A stretch of DNA of 59,832 bases, filler included, from Sphacelaria rigidula (GCA_964200075.2; 8 parts of 8 records of this genome joined end to end with filler, not necessarily neighbours in it), one strand, 5' to 3'. Numbered from the whole stretch's first letter, positions 1 through 12,445 are shown. Numbers and translations are program-made. The notes: generated by a model not told the origin, from the letters alone.

Positions 1-611
1 GTACTGCCTCAGGGGTCAGGCCGCCGTTGACAACAAGAACGTTCCGTTGCATTTGCCTGGGGGACCACGAAGGTGACCCCCCCCCCCCCCCCCAACAATT
101 CGCGGCGTACAAGTCGATATTTGTCTTGGTTCGTGTGTTGGGGTTGCTTCGGAAGTGCATGTTCGGTAGTGAGTTGGAGTACCTTTACTTGTTTCTTCTC
201 CCTCGCTGCCTCTGGACATCTATTTCTCCGTATTTGCAGTCAAAGTGTCGGTGACGGTAAATCAGGTAGATCGCCGGACTTGAGAGAACTGCAGTGACAT
301 TCGCCCGGCACTCCGCGAATATCCAAGACGAAACGCCTAGATTTCCTACACTTGCAACAAGCAAACGTAAAGCGAGGCGGCGTCGTTCAGGTTCTCCGAA
401 AATCTCGCAGCCCTTCCCCGCAGCCAATGTCTTCCCGAATGCCATCCAAGCCACATCGCTGTGCTGCTCTCTCCCACACCCGCCCGCTCATCCATCCGCC
501 GTCCCTCCATTTTTGCCCCCGCCTCCGACAACCCCGGCCGCCGCCGTACGGGTCACGTGTGTCATCCCATTTTGACTACAAAAACACTCCCCAAAAACAA
601 CATCAAACAAG

Positions 612-1208
612 ACGCGTGGTAGATCAAGGCATAACACTTTCCGAGAGGCATCCAGGATTCGTGCAGCTCTTCCGACACCCGCATCCGCCCCGGCAGACGA
701 CGAAGAAGTTAGAAGGGCACTCGAATAAACCCCCGGCGGCGGCAGCGGCGGCGGCGACGGCGGTGGAGAGTGCGATATCGGGAGGCGAAGCTACGGATGA
801 CCCTTGGGTGTCCACGGCGGCCGTACGCTCACAGACAGCAAGTGTCGAATCTTTCATTGCTGCCAAGGGTGGCCTCCGGCGATCGTCGGCGCAGGCGTGG
901 GTGGGAACGGGACGGTCAGCGGCGGCAGGGGGGGCAGCATGGGGTCAGCTTGGCGGTGGTCTCGACACCATTCCCTCTGTCGCTAGCGCCAATGTTTCGG
1001 CTGAAGGGGGCGGAGCGAGCATTTTCGGGGTTGCGTTCGATGATTACATCGGCGAGGATGGTGTCCGTGCTTCGCCGGAATGGGTTGATAGGGCTGGAGG
1101 TGGCGCTGCGGGGGCGGTAGTGGGTGGTGGAATTGGTGGCGGTGGCTGCGGCGGGGGCACAGGAAGTAAGGGTGGGAGGTCGCGTGCAAGCGTGCAGGAG
1201 GATGAGAG
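612..1208 (+). CDS. WDR81: WDR81/GFS12-like BEACH-domain protein, internal exon A (partial gene)
   Basis: Encodes ...HPGFVQLFRHPHPPR, the QLFxxPHPxR end-of-BEACH motif of WDR81/GFS12. Acceptor caaacaag|, donor ag|gtcagg (phase 2) fits exon B. Confidence 0.75.
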
Positions 1209-1967
1209 GTCAGGGCTACTGTTGAGGGTTTCGGACTTGCAATATCGTACTTAAGTAGTTTTTTTGCGACGTTCAGTGATACCTGTGGCGGACGCTCGAT
1301 CTTGGGAGCTGGGGTGTTTTTTTCCGATTCGTTGTGATGATTGCTCTGCGTTTGCGATGGCAAACAGTTGAAAGCGTGCTGTATCAGCAGTTTCCAACGC
1401 AATGTGCTGGTGTGGGTGTTGAGCTTTCGCCAGGGGTGTCTTATATCCCCGTAGACGAGCTTTGACCGCTTGAAATATCCGAATCATGGAGTTTACGAAC
1501 ACTCACTTCTCCGAACCGTTCGCACTCGAAGCGTTAATCGTGCCTATTGTTACACTGTAAACTCTCAAAGTGGTCATTCGTCCTCGTAACATGCCGCATC
1601 GTCGTTCTCTGTGTTTGCGGTGTCGAGGCATACTCTTGTACAGGGACACCGATATGCGTGTGTCCAAATTGCCTCGTTCCTAGCGAGCAAGATCAAGGAA
1701 CAAGTTCAAACATCGAACGCTGTTCCTTAATCTTTCCTCTGCCTTCGCCTCTTCCACGATTATGATATCACGTGGAAAATTTCGCACAGACCACGTTGTT
1801 GCTGAACTCTGTGTCCGTAGCAATTTGCACACAAAATGTTCTATTAATCCACTTCAGGCTCATGTGTGCGTACGGTGCACTACGAATTTCCTGAATAATA
1901 CCTCTCGCCCCGCGCCTCCGTCTTGTCTGCCCTGCGTCTCTGCCGTCCCACCGCACCAAACGCTCAG

Positions 1968-2484
1968 AGCTCTCGCGTTCGCCTACGACGTCGAGCTCCG
2001 GCTTGAGCCATGGTATGGCCGAAATATCCTTCCCAAAACTCCACCTTTTACCCCCGCCATGAGTGACAGCAATCTTGTCGCGCCTGGAATCGCCGCCACC
2101 ATCGGCCCACCGGGCGGTGGAGGTGGTGGAGGCGGCGGTGCCTCATGCGATACGTTGCGAGGAGACAGCGGTGGCGGCAGCAAGGGCAGTAGCGGCGGCA
2201 GTAGTAGTGACGGAGGCGGGGGCGGCGGCGATGGCGGTAGTCACAGGCTACGGGCGGCAGACGATCTCTTGGCATGCGGCTGCATATTGGCGGAAATGTG
2301 CGCGGGAGAACCTGTCTTATCCGCGCCGAGCTTCGTTCGTGGTGAACGAGTGCTTGGCGGCGGCGAGCGACGAGGTGGAGCAGGCGGCGGAGGAGAAGGA
2401 GGCAGCTGGCTGGATGTAGCCGTGGACGTGCCGCCTGCGTTGCGTGGTGCCATTGCTGCCCTGACACACGCGGACCCGGAAAAG
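1968..2484 (+). CDS. WDR81: WDR81/GFS12-like, exon B (kinase-like C-lobe: DDLLACGCILAEM...PPALRGAIAALTHADPEK)
   Basis: cag| acceptor and aag|gt donor. Matches the GFS12-type DIFSxGCxLAEL...LPP...RRPSA segment and joins exons A and C in phase. Confidence 0.8.
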
Positions 2485-2918
2485 GTGTGCACATGGGTTG
2501 GGTGGTTATAGCTGACACGTGAGTTGCCACATCCGTTGATTGAGAGGAAGTGGGGTGGGGTGGGGTAGGGCGGGGGCTCGGAGGCGGGGCAGTCAGCTTT
2601 GCTTCAACTCTAACTCTAGCATGGCTAGATTTCTCCAAATTTATTGATTCTGCAGGGGGTGAATCCGCGATTGGAGGGCAGAGGTACTGGCCTACCGCTC
2701 TCCGTCAATTGAGCTCTTCTTTGCCGTATTGCTTCAAGTTTGCCCCATCGGGTTGTTTGGAAGGTGAACAAGTATTTCGCGGTGGACTTCTGAGCACATA
2801 TGGTACCGCTACATATACGAGTATTACGACATATGCAAGCTATCTTTTCCACCTTTGCGATGATATCACTTCCGACACCGCTTGCCCCCGCATCCCCCCC
2901 CTTCGCTGTTTATTCCAG

Positions 2919-3107
2919 CGACCATCTGCGCAAGACCTTCTGGCGACTGTAGAACCCGGTCGGTCCGGGCGAGCGTCTGCTGCCCCAACGGCTTCACGAG
3001 GCTATTGGACTAGCAGACCCGTGATGGATGGCCCACCGCCGTACCGCGGGCTATTCCCTCCGTACATGCGCGACGTTTATGCGTTTCTTGCGGCGTTGCA
3101 TCAAGAG
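2919..3107 (+). CDS. WDR81: WDR81/GFS12-like, exon C (RPSAQDLL...LFPPYMRDVYAFLAALHQE)
   Basis: ttccag| acceptor, gag|gtgaat donor, phase 0. Completes the KRPSA motif. Confidence 0.8.
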
Positions 3108-3493
3108 GTGAATGAAATGTATTCAATGAAAAGAGCGGCGGGAACCTTCAAAGCCAGAAATCTTTCGAAAAAAACTGCGAGAGGCAAGAAAAGTATCCGA
3201 CACGGGGAAAGCTACTTCCGTGAAGAGGAACGCGCAGCGATGTTGAATGCATTATTTGCTGCGAAATTTGGTCAGCGTTGCATCTTGATAGGCCGAAAGT
3301 CTTGTATTGCCGGTTTCCTGTGCCAATGATTGATACCCGGGGAAACATGCGTACGAACAAAATATCTTTGAATAATGATGGTCAAAACAGTTGTCCCGCA
3401 TTACTCGCGCCAATCATCCACCGTCTCAGTATAATCACCCCGGTGTTATTTCACCCCCGTCTACGCGCCCGCTGGACCCCTGTCTTCCGGCAG

Positions 3494-4419
3494 GAAACCC
3501 CTCACAAGCGTCTCCTTCTCGCAGCGGCGACTCTCCCAGTATTGCAGGTCCCTCTGCCGGCGTTTTTTCTGGTCATGCCGCACATCGTCGCGCTTCTCGC
3601 TTATTTCCCGCGTCCATCCGCTGCACCGCCACCGCGACAAAATGTATCTTCTGATAGCGGTGGTACGGTTGATGGTAGTGGCGGAGGTGAAGTTGGTGGC
3701 GGGAATAATGGAGTTGGTGTTGCTGGCGGTGATACTGGTGGTAGTGCTGGTCACTCATCATCTCCTACATCGGCGACGGCGACGGCTCACCGCAAACGGC
3801 GTCCGCAACGACCACTACACAACGGTGCGAAGTGTGCAGCCGGTGCCGCCGCCGCCGCATCATCCCGAGGGATGGCAAAAGGCAGCCCTCTGCACGATTG
3901 GCATGACGAAGACGACAAAGACGAACCGTCATCCTCCGTTACTGCTGGGGCTTCTGGCTTAGCGTCGGATATTGAGCAAGGCGTGCCTGACATCACCAGG
4001 GTACATTCCGAGGACCGTTCTGCGCGTTGTTCCAGGGATCATTCTGGAAAGCGTTCCAGGATCCATTCCAAAGACTTCTCCGGAGAACGGCCTGCCGGTC
4101 GTCCTAAACGTCCTTCCGAGGAATGTTCTGGAGGTCATTCTGAAGATTCTTTGAAGAGTATTACTGGAGGTGGATCTGGAGTTTTTTCGAGGGGGTGTTC
4201 CAAGGATTCCTGTGAAGCTCCTCCCGAAATAGGTCATTTTTCACAGGCTTCGGCAGCGGTGTACGATACATACTCGGAAGAACATGTCTCTGTGAAGCCG
4301 ACAGAATGGGGCCGGCACGTGGAGGCCTGGGTCACAGTGGTGGACATCTGCGCCGCGAGGTTGGGACCCCGGCTGGCGGGGGAATCCTTACTTCCTACGG
4401 TGCTGGCTGTATTGGAACG
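3494..4419 (+). CDS. WDR81: WDR81/GFS12-like, exon D
   Basis: cggcag| acceptor, cg|gtaggc donor. Open throughout and ends ...ARLGPRLAGESLLPTVLAVLER (HEAT-like segment). Confidence 0.75.
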
Positions 4420-4686
4420 GTAGGCAGCGCTTCGGTACTGTAGCACAATATTTTCTTCAATATCAGGTCATTTGTTCGTTTCAACGTTTGTTCGCATATA
4501 TAACATCGTGAATGCTCTAAAATATGCGCACAGCGGTGCATTATATCTGACCTCTCATTCACCTCCTGTTTGAAAATCGCGCTGTGTATTACTCACCCTA
4601 TGCGACTGTCCCCCCCCCCGCTTCCCCGGTCCCCCTTCCATCGCAAACCCATTGCCCCACTCCTGTTCACGTGCGCACGTCTTCAG

Positions 4687-5120
4687 TGTTTCAGCTCCGG
4701 AAATTGCGTGCGATCTGATCTCCGCTGGTCTGTGGGGCATGCTCGCTCGAAGATTCATCACTGACTCCTTCCTGCGGGTGATATTTCCGTTACTGTTGGC
4801 GTGGATAGACCATGGGGTCGGAGAAATCGCGTCCGAGTGCAGCGACCACCTCGACCACCCCAGCAGCGGTGACCCTGGTGGCTGGGTGGCACCAATTGCG
4901 AAGGCTCACGCAGGTAGTGTCGAGTGCATGATGGGAAACAGCGCAGGAGGTAGTGATGGCGGTGGCGGTGGCGGTAGTGGTAGTGTTTGTGAGGATGAGG
5001 AGCGCAGTAGCCGACCTCGGATATTGCGTGAGGATGTGGTCGCGACGGAGTTGGACGCGGCTAGTCGGGTTCAAGTCGACGCGGCCGGTGCGGTCTCTGG
5101 TGAAGTGTTCGATTACCTGG
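4687..5120 (+). CDS. WDR81: WDR81/GFS12-like, exon E
   Basis: ttcag| acceptor (phase 2), g|gtgagt donor (phase 1). Encodes LARRFITDSFLRVIFPLLLAWI. Confidence 0.75.
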
Positions 5121-5466
5121 GTGAGTGGGCTATAACTTCGTGTGTGTCGTGTGTTGTGCACTCTTCTGTAGCGTCCTGTGTGTTCCTTTTACAAGCGAAA
5201 ATTGTTTCAGAAGCCGGCAAGGGCTTTGGATGCCTGTGTCAACCACTACACCCAGCGTATGTACTCTCCGTATCAGCTGTTTCGGCGGGGAATTGCTGTG
5301 TGTATGAAGCTCCGCGCACAAGCAAGTTTTGTGCGTCGGAAACCGGGCGGTTGATGGACGATTGGTTGATCCATCACCGATTGTCGGCGTCCGTACCCTA
5401 TTCCTTGTCCAAGTGCTATCCATATCAAAATACGAGTTCTTTGTCACCACATAACTGTCCCCACCC

Positions 5467-6005
5467 TAGGTCCTGACTTTTAAGGCATGCCTTACTTTTT
5501 GCCTTAGAACCCCTTTTCAGAAAGCAGTTGCCTGAGAGGAGGCATGACGCCTGAGATGCCTTGTTTGGGCGAGGCAAACATATTTACTGCAACAAAGAAT
5601 GGAAGTAAGGCACATGAATGACGACGCCAACTCCAATTAGTCGGGATATACCGCGGTTGCACTTTTTGCCTTGGAGCCCCTTTTCGAAAAGGGGTCGCCT
5701 GATGAGGTGTTTTATGCCTGAGGTGCCTTATTTAACAAAGGCAGACGCATTATACCACAAAAACAGTAGCAATAAGTCAAGCTCATGACAACGTCCACTC
5801 CCATTATTCGGGTAACCGGAGTGATTGTCGAAGGCAAGTCTGAGGCAAGTCTGAGGCATGCCGAGCAATAAACTAAGGCATTTCAGGCATGAATACGGGG
5901 TAAGGCATGCCTTAGCAGTTGCCTGAGACCAACTATTTTAAATGAGATGTGCCTTGAACGGTTTGCCTTAGACCCCCTTCGGTATGCCTTAGAAGTCAGG
6001 GCCTA
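5467..6005. mobile_element. hAT-superfamily MITE (539 bp) in WDR81-like intron
   Basis: 22-bp TIR TAGGTCCTGACTTTTAAGGCAT / ATGCCTTAGAAGTCAGGGCCTA (2 mismatches). Perfect 8-bp TSD CCCCACCC (5459-5466, 6006-6013). Many GCCT/AGGC subterminal motifs. Confidence 0.9.
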
Positions 6006-6035
6006 CCCCACCCTCTACCCCCCTCTGTTTTTCAG

Positions 6036-6691
6036 GGCCCACCCTAGCGTCGCGGTACCTCGTGCCAGCGATGGTGGACTGCCTTGGGCGCTTAGCTGCT
6101 GCAGCGGCCGATTCAGCAGCGGCAATCGCCCGAAAGCCCGAGGCGGCTTCCTCTTTCCCGACAATGGAGACACGGCCAGTGCCACCGGCACGGTCCGCGG
6201 CGGCCTCGGATGCCAGGCAACCGGTGTCTCCGAAGCATGCGGCGGAGCCGCCGCCGCCGCCGCCGCCGCCCCGGACTTCCCCTGACCAGATCAATATATC
6301 ATCATGCCCGTCGTTGCCGACAACAGAAGTCGGCACACATCGTAAGCTGGAGCAATACTCAGAGGCACCGGCGGTGGGCGCATCGAAAATGGAGACGAGC
6401 ATACCTGCGAGCTCCGGTTCGTGTGCTAGTTCCGGCGCGCCGCTGGCGTGGAGGCGTGTGTGCGGAGGGGATGAAGGTCGAAGTGACCCCGCGAGTCGTT
6501 TACTTTTGTTGGATTGCTGGTTCAGGAAGATGAGTATTGGTCTTGGTGCTGGTGGCGGAGGCGATGGGGGGGGCGGGGCTGGCGGAGAGGATCCTGGATT
6601 GGACGAGGGGGTGGAGGATGATGGTTTGGGGGGTGGCCGTGGGAATGGTTTGCTACTGATATCGCGCGCGCTCGGGAATATGTGCTTGAAG
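6036..6691 (+). CDS. WDR81: WDR81/GFS12-like, exon F (GPTLASRYLVPAMVDCLG...); ends at a putative GC donor
   Basis: tttcag| acceptor (phase 1) gives YLGPTLASRY, cf. WDR81 LGPTVASRH. The 3' end aag|gcgagt is in phase with exon G. Confidence 0.7.
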
Positions 6692-7208
6692 GCGAGTGTG
6701 AGGCCGAAGATTGTATTGAGATGCGTTTTTTGTGTGCGCAGTAGTATGATGCAGATAATGTTTTCTACTCCTTAGATTGTGCCCATTGTGTCCCCTTTTT
6801 ACGAGTAAAAATGAAATCACTCAAGGTAGAAAATGAAATCACTCAAGGTAAAAAATCAGAGGTACTCCGCTTCTAGAACGACGCAAGCAAGCAGTCCGTT
6901 CGCGTCTGCAAACACGGTAAATTGATGTGTGATATGCAATGAAAGCACCAGAACATGGTCCGACCCACGAAGTTCTGTTTGCGTTTATTAGAGCACAGCG
7001 CATAACAACTGGTTTTGTCCACGGGGCTCGATGTCGGGTGGGCCACTCATCCGTTTCATCGCAATTTAGAATTTTACTCCCCTTTTGTACATGTTCTGTC
7101 GATGGTTTTTACTATCATGTAGGACAAACAAAAATCGAGTTCGTGTTTGAGGTTGACTGTACTAGTTTCTCATATTTCGCGTTTCTTGTTCCGTGTACCC
7201 ATCCCCAG

Positions 7209-7330
7209 GTCGGGAGCGAGGAAGTTACGGTACCGTTTGTGCTGAGCCGGATATTCTGCGAGATTTTGCCCTGCCTGGAGGACGTTTTGACGCAGAGATG
7301 CGGGCCAGCTGCGTCGGCTGCAGGGTTCAG
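7209..7330 (+). CDS. WDR81: WDR81/GFS12-like, exon G (VGSEEVTVPFVLSRIF...); 3' boundary uncertain, gene continues off contig
   Basis: ccccag| acceptor, probable donor cag|gtgcag. Confidence 0.55.
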
Positions 7331-7392
7331 GTGCAGTGCAATAATACATGGTTAGGTCAAATCAAGATTTATACGAGTCGACTCGCCATGAC

Positions 7393-7492
7393 NNNNNNNN
7401 NNNNNNNNNNNNNNNNNNNNNNNNNNNNNNNNNNNNTTAATTAATTAANNNNNNNNNNNNNNNNNNNNNNNNNNNNNNNNNNNNNNNNNNNN
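7393..7492. other. Artificial contig spacer (N44-TTAATTAATTAA-N44); same spacer at 14885-14984, 22377-22476, 29869-29968, 37360-37459, 44851-44950, 52342-52441
   Basis: Identical 100-bp spacers with six-frame stops, separating segments of 7391-7392 bp. Confidence 0.98.
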
Positions 7493-8224
7493 ATGAAGAT
7501 TTTTTTTCCGTTATCCTACTGATAATCTTGCATTCGGATGACAGCCTACAATGAGTTGCTTTATTATGTGGTATCGCCACTTCCAGAGACACAACCCTCA
7601 GGGGGGTGGGGGGTATATCCATCCGCAAGTAAAAAACAACACCCTGAGAGAACGAGGCGTGTGACCATGGACCATGACGCAATTCAACACCAAGCGCTCT
7701 CGCGAACAGGACCGTGCTGTGTTTCGCGCGCGCGTGTTACGTTTTACGTGAGAGTAGCAAGGAGAAAGGTCTCAGGTGTTGGTAGATGTGTCGCAAATTC
7801 CGTGAGTCGCGTTTCACCACACTCGACGAAAAAAAGTAATACGTGCGTTGCACACACACGGTATCCGTCAGAAGAGCAAAAAAGCATCCTGCTACGCTTC
7901 ATGCAGTACGGGAAACGGCTGCTGCAGTCTATACTGCATATTACCACTCAAAAACACCACGAGGACAGCGCCGCCGCCCCCCTCTGAAAACCACCACGAT
8001 GCGTACACAACACACACGCCATCCCCCTCATTCCATCACGCGTGTGTCTGCCGGAACAAGAAAATAAAAATAAAAAGGTTCCCAACCACGACTACCCCGC
8101 TCTCTCCACCAAAACCTGCCGATACACGCATCGAAACTGGACACAAGGAGCAAAAACGCGACAGCACGATTTTAGATCCGAGTCCGAACGAGAGTAAGAC
8201 CCGTCCTCACTCCTCATTCCTCAC

Positions 8225-8476
8225 CTAGCCTCCCCATCCATTTCGTTGTGCGGCGCATCATTTAGGAAGGGGTAAAACTCGCAGAACTCTCGTCGATCCT
8301 CTGTCTCTCCCGAATCCTCTCGACCCCCTTTACCTCCAGCCGAGGCTCGCTCGCTACCCCCACCGTCGGACTCGATCCCAACGCTGTCGCCCCCGCGGTC
8401 GCCGCCACCGCGGAGGCCGGCGCCGTCGAGAGAAGCTCCAGCAGCGTCATCACCGCCGCCTTGCTGGCATTGCATA
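8225..8476 (-). CDS. CARNMT1: CARNMT1-like (N2227 family) SAM-dependent methyltransferase, downstream exon (...EFCEFYPFLNDAPHNEMDGEAR)
   Basis: FYPFL..N matches the family YP(W/F)xxxxSN segment. gagcag| acceptor, ag|gtgagg donor. Confidence 0.65.
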
Positions 8477-8727
8477 CTGCTCAAACGAAAATCCAAAACG
8501 AGAATGAGGGGAATGACTTCACGTGGAGCGGAACAGATTGCACGAGGACGCAAGTGTTCATGAGTGAATACCGAAGTCGTGCACGGGGTATGCAACACGA
8601 AAAACGAAGAAAGACGGATGATCTCGACCGGATTCTGGTAACTTTGGTACATTCGTCCTCAGTTGTTTCTTCGCTACAGTCACTATCGTACCGTGCGCAC
8701 TTTTCCACGATACATCACAGAACACGC

Positions 8728-9590
8728 CCCTCGAAATATTTCACAGCGTACCGGTTGCCCTCGCCAGCACCAGGAACACGCCCCTCTGGCCATGCCCCCG
8801 CTGGCGACGGCGAAGAGAAAAAATCGCTGCCGTCCTGATCCATCGCATCATTACTGCCGCCGAATCCTAGTCGCCGCCGCCGCCGCCGTCGCCCGTCGTC
8901 ATCGGCTGCCTTTTCTTCTTCAAAAACATCGCCGTTGCTACTGCTACTCCTTTCCCTCATACGATCTGCCATCGGCACCTCCTGCCGCCGCCACTGTAGT
9001 CGCTCGTCGCTTGCTTCACTGCCGACGGCACCGCCGCCGCCGCTGCTGCTGCCAGCTTCAGGGCGCCATTGTTGTTGATTTCCATTTGCTGAGCGTGACG
9101 CAAACGCGGAACAAGCAGCTGCCGCGGGTGCGGAATAGGCGGCGGCCGGGGAAACCGGGGCCGGCGCCGAAGCCGAGGGAAACGGGGTGGGTTCCACTCC
9201 GCTGCGGCAACCCGCCGGCAACTTGTCGGCGCGTAGAGCTTCCATCAGCCAGTACGATGATGCCAGCATCGTCGGAGACAGCTCGTTGGCGTGCACACTC
9301 GCGTAGCCTCTTGCCGCCACCTCCGCCGCTAGCCGTCCCAATCCCGCACCGGGCACCAAAACATTTACCATATGTCGAGCTTTCTTCGCTCTCGGCGAGT
9401 TATCACGATAGTCTTTCCACGCGCAAACATCCCCGGTGCCGGCGCCGGCCCCTCGAGCTGCCGAGCCACCGGTGCCGTACGGCTGCCACTTGCCGAAGAG
9501 CAAATCTAGGGCCTTCAATATAGGGTCGTACACGGCTGCTCGCACGGAATCTCCTTCCGACGTCCAATCTCTCAAGATATGTGTGAAAAT
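8728..9590 (-). CDS. CARNMT1: CARNMT1-like methyltransferase, core exon
   Basis: IFTHILRDWTSEG..R...YDPILKAL and VLVPGAGLGRLAAEVAARGY...NELS..ML are diagnostic N2227/CARNMT1 motifs. ttcag| acceptor; the 3' end is a probable GC donor. Confidence 0.88.
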
Positions 9591-9990
9591 CTGAATTTTG
9601 GGACGTTTTGACACGAGCGGTGATTTGTTATCGAAGCTTTTCATTGCGTCCATTCGAGATGGGATGTTCAGACACAGAAGGAAAATATTATGGAGAGGGA
9701 TGGATGGGAACGTGTCGGCATCACGTACATAGAGGGATGGGAACACAAAGGAGGCAGGAAGGTTTCGTGGAGTACAGTTTCGAGGGTGGGAAGGTGACGC
9801 GCTTTCCTTCAAGAGCAGGTGATGGGACGAAAAGATAACGAATCCAACAGGGCTGGACGCACCCACCGCCCGACGGTGCACACCAGCGTGGTGTTCAACG
9901 CAGGATGAACGACACAAGATATGCCAAGAAACGAAATATGAAAGGACACAAAAAAACGCCCACACTGGAGAAAGTCGGATCAAGACAAAC

Positions 9991-10425
9991 CTGGTGAGTC
10001 TCGTCGTAAGCATGAAATCTTGCGCGCTTGGAAGTTCTCTCGCGCCCACTATCCTCGTCCTCGGCTGCCGACGGCCCGCCAGCATCCCCGACACCCTTTC
10101 GCATACCCAGTGCCCCAAGCGCTTGGGCGAGAGTTTCTGCCGGCGGGCCATGCCTGAAAGGCGCGACCGGCACTGGTACCGCTCGCCGTTCCTCGGCCGC
10201 CGCCGCCGCCCCCGCAGCCGCTGCAGCCACGGCTGGAGACACTGCAGCGCTTTGCGGCGGTGGTGCGAACACCGATGATCCTGTTGGTGTCGGTGGTGGC
10301 GCCGGTGCCGGCGGCGTTGACGGTGGGCATGCCGAACCGCTAGCTTGGGTGGGTCGGGTGGGCATAGGGAGCCCCGCCACGAAAGGCACCGGACGCAGCA
10401 GCCAACTTAGGACGTCGATGTTGAC
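9991..10425 (-). CDS. CARNMT1: CARNMT1-like methyltransferase, upstream exon (VNIDVLSWLL...YDETHQ)
   Basis: caacag| acceptor and cag|gtttgt donor. Phase-0 join gives YDETHQ-IFTHILRDW. Confidence 0.75.
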
Positions 10426-12445
10426 CTGTTGACGAAACGTGTAATGGCGGCAAAGGAAACAACGTAACTAAAACAAAGGCAACGCAAGGCGGTGTGCACA
10501 GCACAAGTCATCGTACGAATTTGAATTGGCAACTGCTTGGAGCCAGAGAGACAACGTTTTGCTACAATATTGAGAAGCGATCACGTGGGCGTGTTTTTTG
10601 TACAGACCGACAGTCTCGAGATCTACTATAGAGTCTCGGGCTCTATATACAGCTTCATGTATTCATGCACTCTCTCTGACGTGAGAAGTCTCCATTTCAA
10701 CCAGTTTGTGCCAGTGCGACCTCTTATGCGCCTTGGAATTTCGTGTACCAACCATCGTCGCGTCATGATGGAAAATTCTTGCTATCTGAAGAGAATGCAG
10801 GACCCCCTCAAAGTGGCAAAACGGAAGCGTGGAATTTCGCGACTCTCATCATTTCATCGGGTTTACGCATCGCGAGTGATGAACCTTCGCCGCCGCTACC
10901 GCTGTCATGGACGCAAAAAAGTATCCATCATTTGGTTATGTTCAGCTGTTGTTGGCATTTTTTGGGCGATGCTGATACACCTCGAGCATGGTTTGATGTA
11001 ACACACTGCACGTGACATCATTCAAGCTTGAATCGTTTGCGCAATAGCGTGCAGGCAGAATTCCGTGTTTTTTTCATCACGCAAGTTCATTCAGTAGAGT
11101 TGTCATGACTCTACCCCGCACATGGGCTACGCTGCTTCTGTGCCACACTGACTTGCAATCAGCAAATTCAGCGTTTAGTGCTCAGCTGTAATGGCAAAAC
11201 AAATCGAAATCAGGTGGACATGACTGCGTAGTACGTCGCAGCTGCTCTCTTCTGCGCTCGAAGACCCTGCTGATCGTTATCCCGTTGGGCGGCAGACCTC
11301 ATTTCGAGAAAATACTCCCGGATGACAAGTCACGCACAACGTTCGAGGCGGGGGTGCTATTGAGGGTATTTTGGGTTACGGGGAATAAAACCATACTGGG
11401 ATCACAATGAAGCGTGTACCACAGCTCATCCTTGCCTCGACTTCACAGTAGGACCACCACAGGAAAATAAAAAAAAAGGGTTTGACGCACGTCCGCGTCA
11501 CATTTACCCGCCCGTGGTGCCGGGTGCCGGTGCAGCTGCGAGCTTGCGTGCGAGGGGGTGATCTCGTGCGTTGCTTATAAGCAAGCGCTGCCGAGAGACT
11601 GTGCATGTACGACATAGAGCAGATTCTGAGTTGTGGGCTAGTGGTCGGTTTACGTATAGTGCACTACAACGACACCAGCACTGCTCATGGCTGAATGACC
11701 GCTTCTTTTTCTTTTTATTTGGTCACCTCTTCAACTCTTCGCCTTCCTCGGGACGAGATCGTGCTCTAATGCTCTCGGGGATCGAACCATCTCTCCCCTG
11801 GTACACGCCTTGTATTTTGGTCTCGCGGATCGGATCATGACCATTAGCACTCCTGCACGGCGTCGACTCTCGTCAAACAAACTCAGTCAAACATACTTTT
11901 TCTGTTCTTCGTGACTGACAAAAGCGGTGTTCAGCGCAGCAGGGACTTGCCGGGAGCACAAAATCTATGCAGCGGCGCAAGGTCTGGCAGCATTGCACCC
12001 CACCCGCACCGCATGAGCCACAGCCATTGCCCTACAAGACGGCTGTGCCAGCCTTCCAGGGTACATACACCCGGCGCGTCATGAAGCAAACAGGAAGCTA
12101 CTCCTGCGCTCTGTTACAAACGAGTACACAGTTTTTTGTCGGCACTTGATAGAAAAGATTGCGGCTTGAAAAAAAAACGACTTCTCGAGTACGGCGGTTG
12201 ACCTCGGGTCGGCACGTGCACCCGGCGCTCAGAGATCTTTTGCTTTTTATTTCAATGGTGCCGATAAGCGCCATCTCGCAGTCACGGGGAGTAATGTTGA
12301 TGGAGACTCTTGTATAGATATGTTGCCACATCAGCACACATATGTTAGAAAAAGTCATCCACGTAACCACCACGTCAGATCATCGAAACTGTACGGAGCA
12401 TGCGATTACTTGGTGGAGGAGGCATGAAAGTCTTCTGCGTCTAAC

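Noticed and set aside
7437-7448. TTAATTAATTAA motif recurring every ~7.49 kb, resembling a periodic array
   Set aside because: Embedded in fixed N runs; a synthetic six-frame-stop linker.
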